Positions 21,017-31,546 of a DNA stretch of 64,000 nt are shown in pieces. Numbering within the stretch: position 1 is the stretch's first letter; every line of letters begins with the position of its first letter. The DNA is from Helicobacteraceae bacterium (GTDB lineage Bacteria > Campylobacterota > Campylobacteria > Campylobacterales > Sulfurimonadaceae), in the NCBI GenBank assembly GCA_027038835.1, contig JALWGC010000011.1, positions 12,837 through 76,836 of the forward strand, given 5' to 3'. The translations under genes were made by a program, and so were the position numbers. The notes under the pieces are model-generated. The model saw nothing but the letters and a program-made list of their open reading frames with translations, was not told where the DNA came from and made no database searches.

Positions 21017-22123
21017 ATGCTTGAAAACGTAAATATCCCAAAAGAGTTTATAGACTTACTCAACTATTCGGTGTTAAACACTCCGCTATACAAATTCGCC
21101 ATAGCGTTTGCCATCTTTCTTATGTTTATTTTCGCGCGGAAAATTTTTACCCTTACCGTCGTATCGGTTGCGCAAACGTTTACCGGAAAAACGAAAACCG
21201 ATGTAGATGATAAGATTTTACTCGCTTTGAGAGCACCTTTGAATACGATGTTTATCGTCTTTGGGGTCTATTTTGCCGCTTTTTCTCTTAATCTGCAAAA
21301 ACATATGGGGTTGTTTCTAAAAGGCTCATTCACGTTTTTGCTTTTTTGGGCGTTGTACAATCTAGTCAAAAATTTCGAAAACAACATTCTCTCTCTTTTT
21401 GGTAAGAAAGTTTCCCATGAAATAGGGCTTTTTTTGGTCAAAGCGCTCAAGGTGTTCATTATCGCTTTGGGTGTCGTTGCCGTTTTACAGACTTTTGGCA
21501 TCAACGTCAGTGCGTTTATCGCTTCGCTTGGGCTTGGCGGTTTGGCGTTCGCTTTGGCGGCGAAAGATACGGCGGCGAACCTTTTTGGCGGTTTTGCTAT
21601 TTTGACCGACAATATATTCAAAATAGGGGACTGGATCAAGATAGGTTCGGTCGAGGGAATAGTGGAGGATATCGGTATGAGAACGACGAAAATCAGAGCG
21701 TTCGATAAACGTCTAATCGTCGTTCCAAACGCCACTATCGCCAACTCCGCAGTCGATAACTTCTCAAGACGCGATAGACGCCGTATCAAGATGCGCCTTG
21801 GGCTTACCTACTCCACGACCAATGAGCAGATGCGAAAGATTCTTCAAGACACCAGAGCCATGCTGCAAAACCATCCGCAAATCCACAAAGAGCCTTTGTT
21901 CGTGTATTTCGACGAGTTTGGAGCGAGCAGTCTCGATCTGTTTTTCTACCTTTTCACCACGACGGCGAATTGGGAAGAGTATTTGAAAATCCGAGAAGAT
22001 ATCAACCTCAAAATCATCGAAATCGTTCATCGTCACGGTAGTGATTTTGCGTTCCCGTCACAAAGTATCTATTTCGAAAACGAGCTCAATCTTCAAAAAG
22101 AAATGCCGCAAATCGATGGATAA
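21017..22123 (+). CDS. mechanosensitive ion channel (MscS family)
   Basis: TM helices followed by the MscS beta domain IGDWIKIGSVEGIVEDIGMRTTKIRAFDKRLIVVPN. Confidence 0.85.
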   Translation: MLENVNIPKEFIDLLNYSVLNTPLYKFAIAFAIFLMFIFARKIFTLTVVSVAQTFTGKTKTDVDDKILLALRAPLNTMFIVFGVYFAAFSLNLQKHMGLFLKGSFTFLLFWALYNLVKNFENNILSLFGKKVSHEIGLFLVKALKVFIIALGVVAVLQTFGINVSAFIASLGLGGLAFALAAKDTAANLFGGFAILTDNIFKIGDWIKIGSVEGIVEDIGMRTTKIRAFDKRLIVVPNATIANSAVDNFSRRDRRRIKMRLGLTYSTTNEQMRKILQDTRAMLQNHPQIHKEPLFVYFDEFGASSLDLFFYLFTTTANWEEYLKIREDINLKIIEIVHRHGSDFAFPSQSIYFENELNLQKEMPQIDG

Positions 22124-22949
22124 CGTCTATATAACCGACCTTGATAAAACTTTTTTGAAAAACGACCTTACGGTAGGAGCGTTTAGCAAAGAGGTGTGGA
22201 ACGATTTTTCCGCAAACGGTGTTTTGCTAGGAATCGCCACGGCAAGAAGTTTGAAAAAAAGTTTGGAGTTTTTGCAAGATTTACACCTTGGTATCCCTCT
22301 TGTTTTACTTGACGGGGCTATGGTCGCAACGGCGGATAAAAAGCTTATTCGTGCCCATACGCTCGATTTCGCTCTATCAAGCGAAATTATCGACGTAGCG
22401 AAAAAAGAGTTCGCCATCGAGCCTTTTATCGTCGGGTACGAAAAAGATGCGATGGATGAGCGGTTTTTGTACCCAAAAGTACTCAACAAGTTTCAAAAAC
22501 AGCTTGTAAACTCTTACAAAAACGACTCGAGATTGCAAGCTGAAGAAAAACTCATCCCCCTGCAAAACAATCTCAAAATCGTCTATATGGGAAGTAAAGA
22601 GCACATGATAGCGTTGCAAAAACGCCTTGAAGAGCTTTTTGGAAACGCCATAGAGATAAAAAACGCCAAAGATGTTTATTTTGATTGCTGGTTTTTGACG
22701 GTATTGCACCCCTTTGGGGACAAATCGCACGCGATTGAAGATGTGTTGGAGTATCTGAAAAAAGATAAAAGCGACTTATGTGTTTTTGGTGATAGTCTCA
22801 ACGATATCGGGATGTTTCAAAAGGCTTCCAAAGCGGTAGCGGTCGCCAACGCACATGAAAAAGCCAAGAAGTATGCGGACATCGTGCTTGAGCGTACCAA
22901 CGAAGAAGAAGCGGTGGCACACTACCTCAAAGAGTCTATTCGATTATGA
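22116..22949 (+). CDS. Cof-type HAD-IIB phosphatase
   Basis: DLDKT (DxDxT) at the N-terminus when started at ATG 22116, which overlaps the mscS-like stop. GDSLNDIGMF motif IV is present. Confidence 0.75.
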   Translation: MDNVYITDLDKTFLKNDLTVGAFSKEVWNDFSANGVLLGIATARSLKKSLEFLQDLHLGIPLVLLDGAMVATADKKLIRAHTLDFALSSEIIDVAKKEFAIEPFIVGYEKDAMDERFLYPKVLNKFQKQLVNSYKNDSRLQAEEKLIPLQNNLKIVYMGSKEHMIALQKRLEELFGNAIEIKNAKDVYFDCWFLTVLHPFGDKSHAIEDVLEYLKKDKSDLCVFGDSLNDIGMFQKASKAVAVANAHEKAKKYADIVLERTNEEEAVAHYLKESIRL

Positions 22950-23457
22950 GGTCGTAGCTCTTAGGTACATCCGCTTCGAAGGTTTTCGGGTTGATTTTTT
23001 CGTCGTATTTTTGGTTCGAGAAAGAGATGGTTACAAGGTTGTCGAAATCGTCTTTATAAACGAGTTTTTCGATATTTTTTCCGTTGGAATAGAGCTTGAA
23101 AGTGTATTTTTTGTATGTCGTTTCATATAGGTTGGGCGCGATTTTTTTCGCATTTTTCAAAAGGGTGAAAATGTCGAAATCGCTCGCTATTTTACGGATG
23201 ATGACTTGTTCTAGCTCAGGTTCGACGACGGTAACGAGTTTTTGTTGGATGTAGACATCTTTTTGTATCGGTTTGAGGTAACTCCACTTCGCTTTTTGTA
23301 GCTTCTTATCGGCAAATATCTTCCCTTCGTAAGTGACGACTTTTCTTTCTTTGTCGTCTATCTTTTGAGCGAAATCGGCTTGAAAAGTTTGAAGATTTTC
23401 CAATATCTGCGCATGAAGCATCGTCAAAAGAAAAGTCAAAACAAGTAACGCTTTCAT
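22936..23457 (-). CDS. lolA: outer-membrane lipoprotein carrier LolA-like
   Basis: Signal peptide plus a ~150-aa LolA-like body. Divergent from secA, as in Campylobacter/Helicobacter. Confidence 0.7.
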   Translation of the reverse strand: MKALLVLTFLLTMLHAQILENLQTFQADFAQKIDDKERKVVTYEGKIFADKKLQKAKWSYLKPIQKDVYIQQKLVTVVEPELEQVIIRKIASDFDIFTLLKNAKKIAPNLYETTYKKYTFKLYSNGKNIEKLVYKDDFDNLVTISFSNQKYDEKINPKTFEADVPKSYDLIIE

Positions 23458-23588
23458 CGGTCTCCTTTTTGAGATTATATAAAATTATATAAAAAATTAA
23501 ATAACGAAAAATTACGGGTGGGTGATTTACCTCACTATTAGATTTCCTATGCTAAAATAGCGACCATTTCAGAAAAAAGAGATAGCGG

Positions 23589-26165
23589 ATGATACAAACA
23601 GCATTAGGGAAAATTTTTGGAACGCAAAACGACAGAGCGTTGAAAAAATATAAAAAACGAGTGAAAAAAATAAACGCTCTCGAGCCGAAATACGAAGCGA
23701 TGAGCGATGAGGAGCTTCAAGAGGCGTTCAACGCTTTGAAAGCGGAGGTCAACGAAGGGAACAAAAGCCTCGATGACGTACTTGAAGATAGCTTCGCGAT
23801 AACTAGAGAAGCGAGTAAACGTGTGCTTGGTATGCGCCATTACGATGTACAGCTCATAGGGGGCATCGTTCTGCATGAAGGCAAAATCGCCGAGATGAAA
23901 ACGGGGGAAGGAAAAACGCTGGTAGCGACTTTGCCGATAGTACTCAACGCTATGACCGGAAAAGGGGTACACTTGGTGACGGTCAATGATTATCTCGCCA
24001 AGCGTGACGCTACCGAAATGGGGCAGTTGTACTCTTTTCTCGGTTATACCACGGGTGTCATCTTAGAAAGCGTCCATGACTTCGAAGAGAAGAAAAAAGC
24101 CTACGCCGCCGACATAACGTACGGTACGAACAACGAATTCGGTTTTGACTATTTGCGTGACAACATGAGCTACTCCCGCGACCAAATGGTTCAGCGCGGG
24201 CACAACTACGTCATCGTCGATGAAGTGGACTCCATTTTGATTGACGAAGCCAGAACGCCGCTTATTATCTCCGGGCCGGTGAATCGTAGTCTTCAAGACT
24301 ATATCAAAGCCAACGAAGTCGCGTTGAAAATGGAAAAAGAGAAACATTTCACCGTCGATGAAAAAGACAGAGTCGTTTTGTTGACCGAAGAGGGGATAAC
24401 CAAAGCCGAAGAGCTTTTTGGCGTGGAAAATCTCTACAGCCCTGAAAACGCTACGCTTCCCCATATGCTCGATAACGCTCTAAAAGCGAACTATCTCTTC
24501 GAAAACGATGTCGATTACGTCGTCAAAGAGGGCGAAGTGGTGATAGTTGACGAATTTACCGGACGTCTCTCGGAAGGTCGCCGATACAGTGAAGGTTTAC
24601 ACCAAGCGTTAGAGGCGAAAGAGGGTGTCGAAATCAAAGAAGAAACCCAAACGTTAGCCGACATCACGTTCCAAAACTATTTTAGAATGTACGACAAACT
24701 TGCGGGTATGACCGGTACGGCACAAACCGAAGCGACGGAGTTCGCGCAAATCTATGGTCTCGATGTCATCTCCATTCCGACAAACGTGCCTGTTCAGCGA
24801 CAAGACCTAAACGACCTTATATACAAAACCGAAAAAGAGAAGTTCGACGCGGTTATAGAAAAGGTCAAAGAGCTGCACAAAAAAGGGCAGCCGATTCTTA
24901 TTGGGACTGCGAGTATCGAAAAATCGGAAGAGTTGCATCAACTTTTGAAACAAGAAAAGATTCCCCATACCGTACTCAATGCGAAGAATCACGAACAAGA
25001 GGGTGAAATCATCAAGCATGCCGGTGAAAAAGGGGCTGTAACTATCGCTACGAATATGGCGGGCCGCGGGGTGGATATCAAAGTGAGCGATGAAGTCAAA
25101 GAGCTCGGCGGTTTGTACATCATAGGTACGGAGCGGCACGAAAACCGCCGAATCGATAATCAGCTTCGCGGGCGAAGCGGACGTCAGGGGGATCCGGGAA
25201 CGAGTCAATTCTACCTCTCACTCGAAGACAACCTACTTCGAATATTCGGAAGCGATAAGATCAAGTCTATCATGGAGCGTCTTGGCGTCGAAGATGGGGA
25301 ATACATAGAGTCGAAAATGGTTTCGCGTGCGGTGGAAAAAGCGCAGAAAAAAGTCGAAACTATGCACTTTGAAGGGCGAAAGCATATCGTCGAATACGAC
25401 GACGTCGCCAACGAGCAAAGAAAGATCATCTACAAATTCAGAAACGAACTGCTTGATCCGGAGTTCGACATCTCCAAGAAAATCGAAGAAAATAGAGAAG
25501 AGTATATCGGCGCGCTTTTGGCAAAAGCGGAGATTTTTGATGGAGTTGCAAGGGAAGACTTCAACCTTGAAAAACTCCAAAAACTGCTTCTTGAAGAGTT
25601 GAGTCTCGAAGTGAGTGTAGAGGAACTTGAAAATAAAGAATACGACGAACTCTACAACTACATACTGGAAAAAGCGAAAAACGAATACGAAGAGAAGATG
25701 TCGGTTATAGACGAGCAAACCAGAACCGATATAGAGCGGGAGCTCTACCTTAAAGAACTCGATGAAGCGTGGAGAGAGCATCTGTATCAGATGGACAATA
25801 TGAAAACCGGTATCAGACTTAGAGCTTACAACCAAAAAGACCCGCTTGTGGAGTACAAGAAAGAATCGTTCAATCTCTTTACAGAGCTTATCAACGACTT
25901 GAAAGCGAGCATCGTAAGAACGCTTCATATGATCCGCTTCCAGTTCGAATCACCGGAAGAAGAGGCAAAAAGACTTGCAGAAGCTTTGGAGATAGAGCGC
26001 AAACAAGAAGAACTCTCCCGCAGTCTCAACCTCGATGAAGAGAGTGAAACTTTAACAACGAAGAAAAAACCCGCCCGAAACGACCCTTGTCCTTGTGGAA
26101 GCGGTAAAAAGTACAAACAGTGCTGCGGAAAAAGCGGACCGAAAAAAGGTGTTTTCGCCTCTTGA
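23589..26165 (+). CDS. secA: preprotein translocase ATPase SecA
   Basis: [10 protein letters not shown] Walker [20 protein letters not shown], and the C-terminal zinc finger [14 protein letters not shown]. Confidence 0.97.
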   Translation: MIQTALGKIFGTQNDRALKKYKKRVKKINALEPKYEAMSDEELQEAFNALKAEVNEGNKSLDDVLEDSFAITREASKRVLGMRHYDVQLIGGIVLHEGKIAEMKTGEGKTLVATLPIVLNAMTGKGVHLVTVNDYLAKRDATEMGQLYSFLGYTTGVILESVHDFEEKKKAYAADITYGTNNEFGFDYLRDNMSYSRDQMVQRGHNYVIVDEVDSILIDEARTPLIISGPVNRSLQDYIKANEVALKMEKEKHFTVDEKDRVVLLTEEGITKAEELFGVENLYSPENATLPHMLDNALKANYLFENDVDYVVKEGEVVIVDEFTGRLSEGRRYSEGLHQALEAKEGVEIKEETQTLADITFQNYFRMYDKLAGMTGTAQTEATEFAQIYGLDVISIPTNVPVQRQDLNDLIYKTEKEKFDAVIEKVKELHKKGQPILIGTASIEKSEELHQLLKQEKIPHTVLNAKNHEQEGEIIKHAGEKGAVTIATNMAGRGVDIKVSDEVKELGGLYIIGTERHENRRIDNQLRGRSGRQGDPGTSQFYLSLEDNLLRIFGSDKIKSIMERLGVEDGEYIESKMVSRAVEKAQKKVETMHFEGRKHIVEYDDVANEQRKIIYKFRNELLDPEFDISKKIEENREEYIGALLAKAEIFDGVAREDFNLEKLQKLLLEELSLEVSVEELENKEYDELYNYILEKAKNEYEEKMSVIDEQTRTDIERELYLKELDEAWREHLYQMDNMKTGIRLRAYNQKDPLVEYKKESFNLFTELINDLKASIVRTLHMIRFQFESPEEEAKRLAEALEIERKQEELSRSLNLDEESETLTTKKKPARNDPCPCGSGKKYKQCCGKSGPKKGVFAS

Positions 26166-27364
26166 AAAGTAATATAGTCAACTACCTTGTCAAACGTTTC
26201 TTGCGTTTTGACAAGGAACAGCCGTTTATCTTTCTCTCGGCCCTATTGGCGTATTTGGGGATTCTTCTTGGGGTTATGGTGCTTATTGTCGCTATGGCTT
26301 TGATGAACGGATTCGATAACGAGTTCAAAAAGAAGCTTACCGTTATGAATTATCCGCTTACGATTTTGCCGAAGTTCTACGGCGCGGTCGATAGAAACTT
26401 GCTTAATATGCTGCAAAACGAATTTAGCGACCTCTCTTTTAGTCCTTACGTAATCTCCTCCGTCATTACTCGCAAAGGGGATATGTTGGAAGGGGGGTAT
26501 ATCTTCGGTGTCGATTTTGACTCGGAAGCCAAAGTCAACAGCGTTTTGGCAAAAGCGCTCAAAAACAAGAAAATAGGGCGTTTTGAAGTGATAGTGGGAA
26601 AAACGCTCAAGGAGGAGTTTGGTGTAACCAACGGTGACAAACTCATGTACATCTTCACCCGCATAAGCCCAAGCGGGTTTTCGGTTACGCCGCTTATCAA
26701 GCGCTTTCGTATAAAAGGGGTTTTCGATTCCGGACTTTTGGCGTATGATAAAGCGTACAGCTACACGACCATCGAGTCGATGCAGCGCATAAAAGGGATA
26801 CCCTCGTATCAATTCAGCGGTATCCACATTTTTTCCAAAGACCCGCAAAACGACATCAAAAAAATCGCTTTGAAACTTCCAGAAACGGTAACGATAAAAG
26901 GGTGGTGGCAAGATAACGTGAACTTTTTCGCCGCTTTGGAGATGGAAAAAACTTCGCTTTTTATCGTTTTGATGCTTATCATTCTCATAGCTTCTATCAA
27001 CATCATCTCTTCACTTTTGATGACGGTGATGAACAGACGAAGCGAGATAGCACTCCTTTTGTCGTTGGGTGCGACCAAACAAGAGATAAAAAGGGTGTTT
27101 TTGAAGCTTGGTATCGTCATTGGGAGTGCCGGCATAGTTTCAGGAGCGTTGCTTGGGCTGTTGGGTGTATGGGTGCTTGGAACGTTCGACATCGTCCATT
27201 TGCCAAAAGATGTCTATCCTACGACCACATTGCCGCTTGATTTGAGCTGGATAGACTTTTGTTTGATTGTCTTCGGTGCGTTTGTTATCGTCATCCTTTC
27301 TTCATATTACCCTGCCAAAAAAGCGAGCGAAGTGGATGTTTTGACGGTTCTTCGCAACGAATAG
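26162..27364 (+). CDS. lipoprotein-releasing ABC permease (LolC/LolE, FtsX fold)
   Basis: N-terminal TM, MacB-like periplasmic domain, and a C-terminal FtsX 3-TM bundle. I prefer the TTG at 26162 (overlapping the secA stop as TTGA) over the track start inside secA. The start is uncertain. Confidence 0.8.
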   Translation: MKSNIVNYLVKRFLRFDKEQPFIFLSALLAYLGILLGVMVLIVAMALMNGFDNEFKKKLTVMNYPLTILPKFYGAVDRNLLNMLQNEFSDLSFSPYVISSVITRKGDMLEGGYIFGVDFDSEAKVNSVLAKALKNKKIGRFEVIVGKTLKEEFGVTNGDKLMYIFTRISPSGFSVTPLIKRFRIKGVFDSGLLAYDKAYSYTTIESMQRIKGIPSYQFSGIHIFSKDPQNDIKKIALKLPETVTIKGWWQDNVNFFAALEMEKTSLFIVLMLIILIASINIISSLLMTVMNRRSEIALLLSLGATKQEIKRVFLKLGIVIGSAGIVSGALLGLLGVWVLGTFDIVHLPKDVYPTTTLPLDLSWIDFCLIVFGAFVIVILSSYYPAKKASEVDVLTVLRNE

Positions 27365-27368
27365 TTCG

Positions 27369-30300
27369 TTATTTTTCATCGAAACCGAATATTTTAACCG
27401 GTAGCAGTAGTGTTCTTTTGATGATGTTCAAAGGAGCTACGGCTATATCTTTAGCTATCATAGTCGAGACTTTCGGGTCTGTCAAACTTCCTTTTACCGT
27501 CAATGTTGTCGAAATACTCTCCCCATCGAAAAAGATATACCCAACAAGCGGTATTTTCGATGCTTTATCCGCAAGGCGTGTTTTAAGTACGAGTATGAGG
27601 TCGATGAAATTCTCGGTATAACTCGCTTTGCCTTTGCCGTAAATCTCGAACTGCGGTGAATCGAGCTTGATATTGTCGAAATCGAAAACCTGATTTTCGT
27701 AGCTAAAAGAAGCGTAGGCTTTCGATACATCGAGCCCCTCGGTCGAATATTTCGGCAATGAAAACGTCATAAGTGAGGGTACCGTGTCGATAAAGGCGAG
27801 AATGTTGTTGAGAATTTTGTAGTCAAGTATCGTCGTGTTCGTTATTTCTATAATCCCTTTGTATTTTTCGAAAGTTCCGATAATGTTGAAATTGAGCTTG
27901 CCCCCTTTGAACTTCGATTGAAAGAAAAGATTGTCCATGAAAACGTCGCTAAATCCGCTTCCATAGAGGTAGAACTTGTTCTTTTTGAAGCGAAAGCCCG
28001 CTAGACCTTTTTTGTGTTGTAGTTGTGCCGTCGTTTCCTCTTTGGTCACTTGCAAATCGAGTTTATCGTAGAGTATTCTTCTTGAAGAACTGATGTAAAG
28101 ATAGCCGTTTTTGAGTGCAGCGTATATCCGTTTTTTGCTTTTAGAGCTGTTTTTGTTCGAAAAATCCTCCAAAAATCTCTCTAACTCCACTAAGTTGATA
28201 CCGAAGTTCTTCCCTGTTATTTGAATATTCTCATCAATACTAAGATAGATTTTGTCGTTGATGGTCAGTTTCGTCTCTTTAGCGATGGCTCCATCGATTT
28301 TATACTTGTTGATAATCTTCTCTTTATTAACGATAAAAGCGTAATCGCCGGTGAGAATACCGTCTATTTCGAAGTTTTTCTTAGCGTTTCGTTTTCTCAC
28401 CATGAAAATGCCGGAGGAGATTTTCAGTTTGCGTAAAAGTGGAGAGTAGGGAAGTAGTTTTTTTATCGATACCGCTTTGGCGAAAAACTCCCGCTTGTCG
28501 ATTTTAAGTGAAGCGGCAAGCTTGCTGGAGTAAAGGCGAACGCCGTTTGCAAGATTGAGTTTGAAATAGATAGGTTCGGTGTTTTGAAAAAGCGGCGTAT
28601 CGTTGTCGAATCGTAGCAAAGAGGAAAGGAGCAAAATTTTCCCTTTACGTTTGGTGGTGTTAAAATCGACATCGAACTTTCCTTTGAAGAATTTTCCATA
28701 ATCAAACGCGACGTTGCGTGCTGAGAAAACACCGTTTTTGTAGTGTATATTCGTCTTTTCAATGCTCGCTTCATCTTCACCGATGTAAAGATAGGTTGGT
28801 TTGTGGGTCGAGATATCGAAGTTTTTATTCTCTATCTTTAGATGGAGATAGAGGTCGGATTGTGCAAGTTTGAGTTTATCAAGCTCGAGTTTTGGGATGT
28901 CGATGTCGATATCGGCTTTTTTGGTTGCGAAATCGACTTCACCGCTTACAAGGGCGATCGCTTTTTTGGCAATCTCGAGTTTGATTATCGGAATATTGAG
29001 CAACTTTTTTTCAAAATTAAACGGAATACGCGCTTCTTTGACATGTATTGCCGTTTTTTTGTCGAAACTCCAAGAGGTATCGGGAATGAAGATGGTATCG
29101 TTTTTGTCTTTGTTGATAGTATAGACTATATGGGGATGTGATTTGAGTTGCAGTTTCTGTTTTATCAAATCTATTTTTTGGGCATAAAAATCGATTTTTC
29201 CCGTTTTTTTCGCGAGTTGGAGGTCCAAATCGACTTTCGATTGTATGCTCTTGCCAAGCGAAGCGAACATGTTTTTGGCGAATATATGGGAATTTTTCAA
29301 TCTGAGTACGAGATGTTTCACCGCTATATCCATACCCAAATAATGAAAAGCCCCTTGTTTTACCGTGAACGTTCCATCGGCGTTTACGCTGAGGCGGCGG
29401 AGTCTTACTGCGATTTTCAAGTCGGTTTTTGTCGTGCCCGCTATCTGTTCAAGCGGTACGTCTATGCCGTAAACCGAAAGAACGTGCAAAACGTTCTTGT
29501 CGAGTTTCCCTTTGTCGAAACGTAAAAAGAGCGTTAAGAGTTCGTTTGGTTGAGTGAAGTCGATTTTAAGATAACTTTTTTGCAGGTCGAAGCCATATGT
29601 TGTCGGTTCTTGCGGGCGGATGTAGAGTACCCCCTCTTTGAACTCCAGCAGGGTTCTTGTCGTCGCAACGGGTGCTAATTTTGGATTGTAGGTGTATTTG
29701 AGTTCATCGAGCTCGGCAGAAGCGTAGATGGTCTTTAGAGAGTTTTTCGGGTTTTCCAAATCGATGCTTCCCTCGAAACTCGTTATCGCGACATTTTTGG
29801 CGTTTATCGCGTCTATGACCCAGTAGCGAACATATTTCGGCAAACCTATAGCGGAAAAAATTCGTGCGCTGTTTTCGATTTTGTTCTTAAAGCGTGTACG
29901 AAAATAAAACAGGTTGTTTTCCAAGTCCCCTTCGAGCGAGAAAGAGACCTCTTCAAGTAGCTTGATATTTAAATTCGTATGAAGAACGTTTTCCGGTTTG
30001 TAAAAGATAATATCGCCGTCTATTTGGGTTTTCAAATAAACAGAGCGCAAAGAATTGATATGAAAATGGATAGTGTCCCCATCGATGTAGATGGTACCAA
30101 AGAGGTGCGAATCTTCTGAATCGACCTTTACGAAACCATCGGTATTTTGCGAATATCTCACAGAACCGACGATGTTTTTGTACTGAAAATGTTTGATGTC
30201 TATAGTTTGAAAATAATCGTAAATATGGGTGAGGGTAGAAAGGAGTTTTTTCAGTGTTGTTTTTTGTGAATCGTTTCGAGGGTGCTGCCGTTTTTGTGGA

Positions 30301-30515
30301 AAAATCTTGATATCGTCTATGGAAATAATAAGTTTTTCATCCCATTTTATGTATAATTTTTCAACTTTTACATTGGCGATATCGAAAGAATCGATTTTTA
30401 TTCCCTGTGTAAGAAGGTACAAAACCACCACCAAAGCGATGAAAATGGATAGAAAAAAAGTTTTTATATTGAAGTGGATATGCGGTATCGCTTTGATTGT
30501 ATTGTTGTCGCTCAT
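27369..30515 (-). CDS. AsmA/YhdP-like (DUF3971-type) large envelope protein
   Basis: 1048 aa with a single N-terminal anchor and a beta-rich repetitive body. The C-terminal block (VKGSLTDPKVS) is typical of AsmA-like/YhdP proteins. Confidence 0.65.
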   Translation of the reverse strand: MSDNNTIKAIPHIHFNIKTFFLSIFIALVVVLYLLTQGIKIDSFDIANVKVEKLYIKWDEKLIISIDDIKIFPQKRQHPRNDSQKTTLKKLLSTLTHIYDYFQTIDIKHFQYKNIVGSVRYSQNTDGFVKVDSEDSHLFGTIYIDGDTIHFHINSLRSVYLKTQIDGDIIFYKPENVLHTNLNIKLLEEVSFSLEGDLENNLFYFRTRFKNKIENSARIFSAIGLPKYVRYWVIDAINAKNVAITSFEGSIDLENPKNSLKTIYASAELDELKYTYNPKLAPVATTRTLLEFKEGVLYIRPQEPTTYGFDLQKSYLKIDFTQPNELLTLFLRFDKGKLDKNVLHVLSVYGIDVPLEQIAGTTKTDLKIAVRLRRLSVNADGTFTVKQGAFHYLGMDIAVKHLVLRLKNSHIFAKNMFASLGKSIQSKVDLDLQLAKKTGKIDFYAQKIDLIKQKLQLKSHPHIVYTINKDKNDTIFIPDTSWSFDKKTAIHVKEARIPFNFEKKLLNIPIIKLEIAKKAIALVSGEVDFATKKADIDIDIPKLELDKLKLAQSDLYLHLKIENKNFDISTHKPTYLYIGEDEASIEKTNIHYKNGVFSARNVAFDYGKFFKGKFDVDFNTTKRKGKILLLSSLLRFDNDTPLFQNTEPIYFKLNLANGVRLYSSKLAASLKIDKREFFAKAVSIKKLLPYSPLLRKLKISSGIFMVRKRNAKKNFEIDGILTGDYAFIVNKEKIINKYKIDGAIAKETKLTINDKIYLSIDENIQITGKNFGINLVELERFLEDFSNKNSSKSKKRIYAALKNGYLYISSSRRILYDKLDLQVTKEETTAQLQHKKGLAGFRFKKNKFYLYGSGFSDVFMDNLFFQSKFKGGKLNFNIIGTFEKYKGIIEITNTTILDYKILNNILAFIDTVPSLMTFSLPKYSTEGLDVSKAYASFSYENQVFDFDNIKLDSPQFEIYGKGKASYTENFIDLILVLKTRLADKASKIPLVGYIFFDGESISTTLTVKGSLTDPKVSTMIAKDIAVAPLNIIKRTLLLPVKIFGFDEK

Positions 30516-31395
30516 CTATTACCTAAATATGATTGTCAAAACCAACGAAGTTGTTTATATACCAAAGGGGTCTATAAACCATATTATAACATACCTCAAG
30601 GAAAAAAACTACAACCTTACCAAAATAGATTCTCTTGTTTTGCGTTTTATCGGAAAGCCTCAAAGCGGATGGATTTACATAGGTGCCAAAAAGCTAAAAA
30701 GAGCGGACTTTTTGTACAAGCTGACAACAGCCAAAGCACCTCTTGTCGATGTTACGCTCATTCCCGGAGAAACGACATACGTCTTTTTGGAGGAGTTATC
30801 CAAAAAACTCGCTTTGGATGCGACTATATTGCACTACGAGTATGAAAAACAAGCGAAATATCCCGATGGAATGCTCATCCCAGACACCTACAAACTTCCT
30901 CTTGGCATTAGCGAGAAGATGGTAGTGCGACTGCTGCTGAAAAACTCACAAAACAAGATGCGCCATTATGCGAAGAAAATTTTTGGCAACTACAACGAGA
31001 AAAAATGGCTTCGCTACCTTGTCGTCGCATCGATCGTGCAAAAAGAAGCGGCTTCCAAAGAGGAGATGCCGCTTGTCGCTTCGGTTATCTACAACAGACT
31101 CAAAAAAGGTATGAAACTGCAAATGGACGGTGCGCTCAATTACGGTAAATACTCCCACATGAAAATAACGGCAAAACGGCTAAGGGAAGATAGCAGCAGT
31201 TTCAATACCTACAAATTTGCCGGGCTTCCTCCCTATCCGGTGTGCAACCCGAGTTTCGATGCCATCAAAGCGGCTATTTTTCCTGCGAAAACATCGTATC
31301 TTTATTTCGTAAAGTTACGTAGCGGCAAACATGCTTTTACTTCCTCCTACAAACGCCATCTGCACAATATAAAAAGTGTTACTAAACGTAACTAA
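30439..31395 (+). CDS. mltG: endolytic murein transglycosylase MltG (YceG)
   Basis: N-terminal TM (ICGIALIVLLSLIYYL) and a YceG domain (ASIVQKEA, LQMDGALNYG, NTYKFAGLPPYPVCNPS). The start is ATG 30439 or 30445. The longer track ORF is antisense to the neighbouring gene. Confidence 0.85.
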   Translation: MKMDRKKVFILKWICGIALIVLLSLIYYLNMIVKTNEVVYIPKGSINHIITYLKEKNYNLTKIDSLVLRFIGKPQSGWIYIGAKKLKRADFLYKLTTAKAPLVDVTLIPGETTYVFLEELSKKLALDATILHYEYEKQAKYPDGMLIPDTYKLPLGISEKMVVRLLLKNSQNKMRHYAKKIFGNYNEKKWLRYLVVASIVQKEAASKEEMPLVASVIYNRLKKGMKLQMDGALNYGKYSHMKITAKRLREDSSSFNTYKFAGLPPYPVCNPSFDAIKAAIFPAKTSYLYFVKLRSGKHAFTSSYKRHLHNIKSVTKRN

Positions 31396-31546
31396 TCTTT
31401 TTTATTTTAATTTAGTGATGTTACCTTTTGCAACAATATAAAAAAATAGTTTTTCAAGTGCTATATTCTTAAATAATATTGCTATTTAATTGTTATTATA
31501 CATATCGTAAAACTAAAACTTCGCTCTTGTTTCAAGAGCAAAAAGG

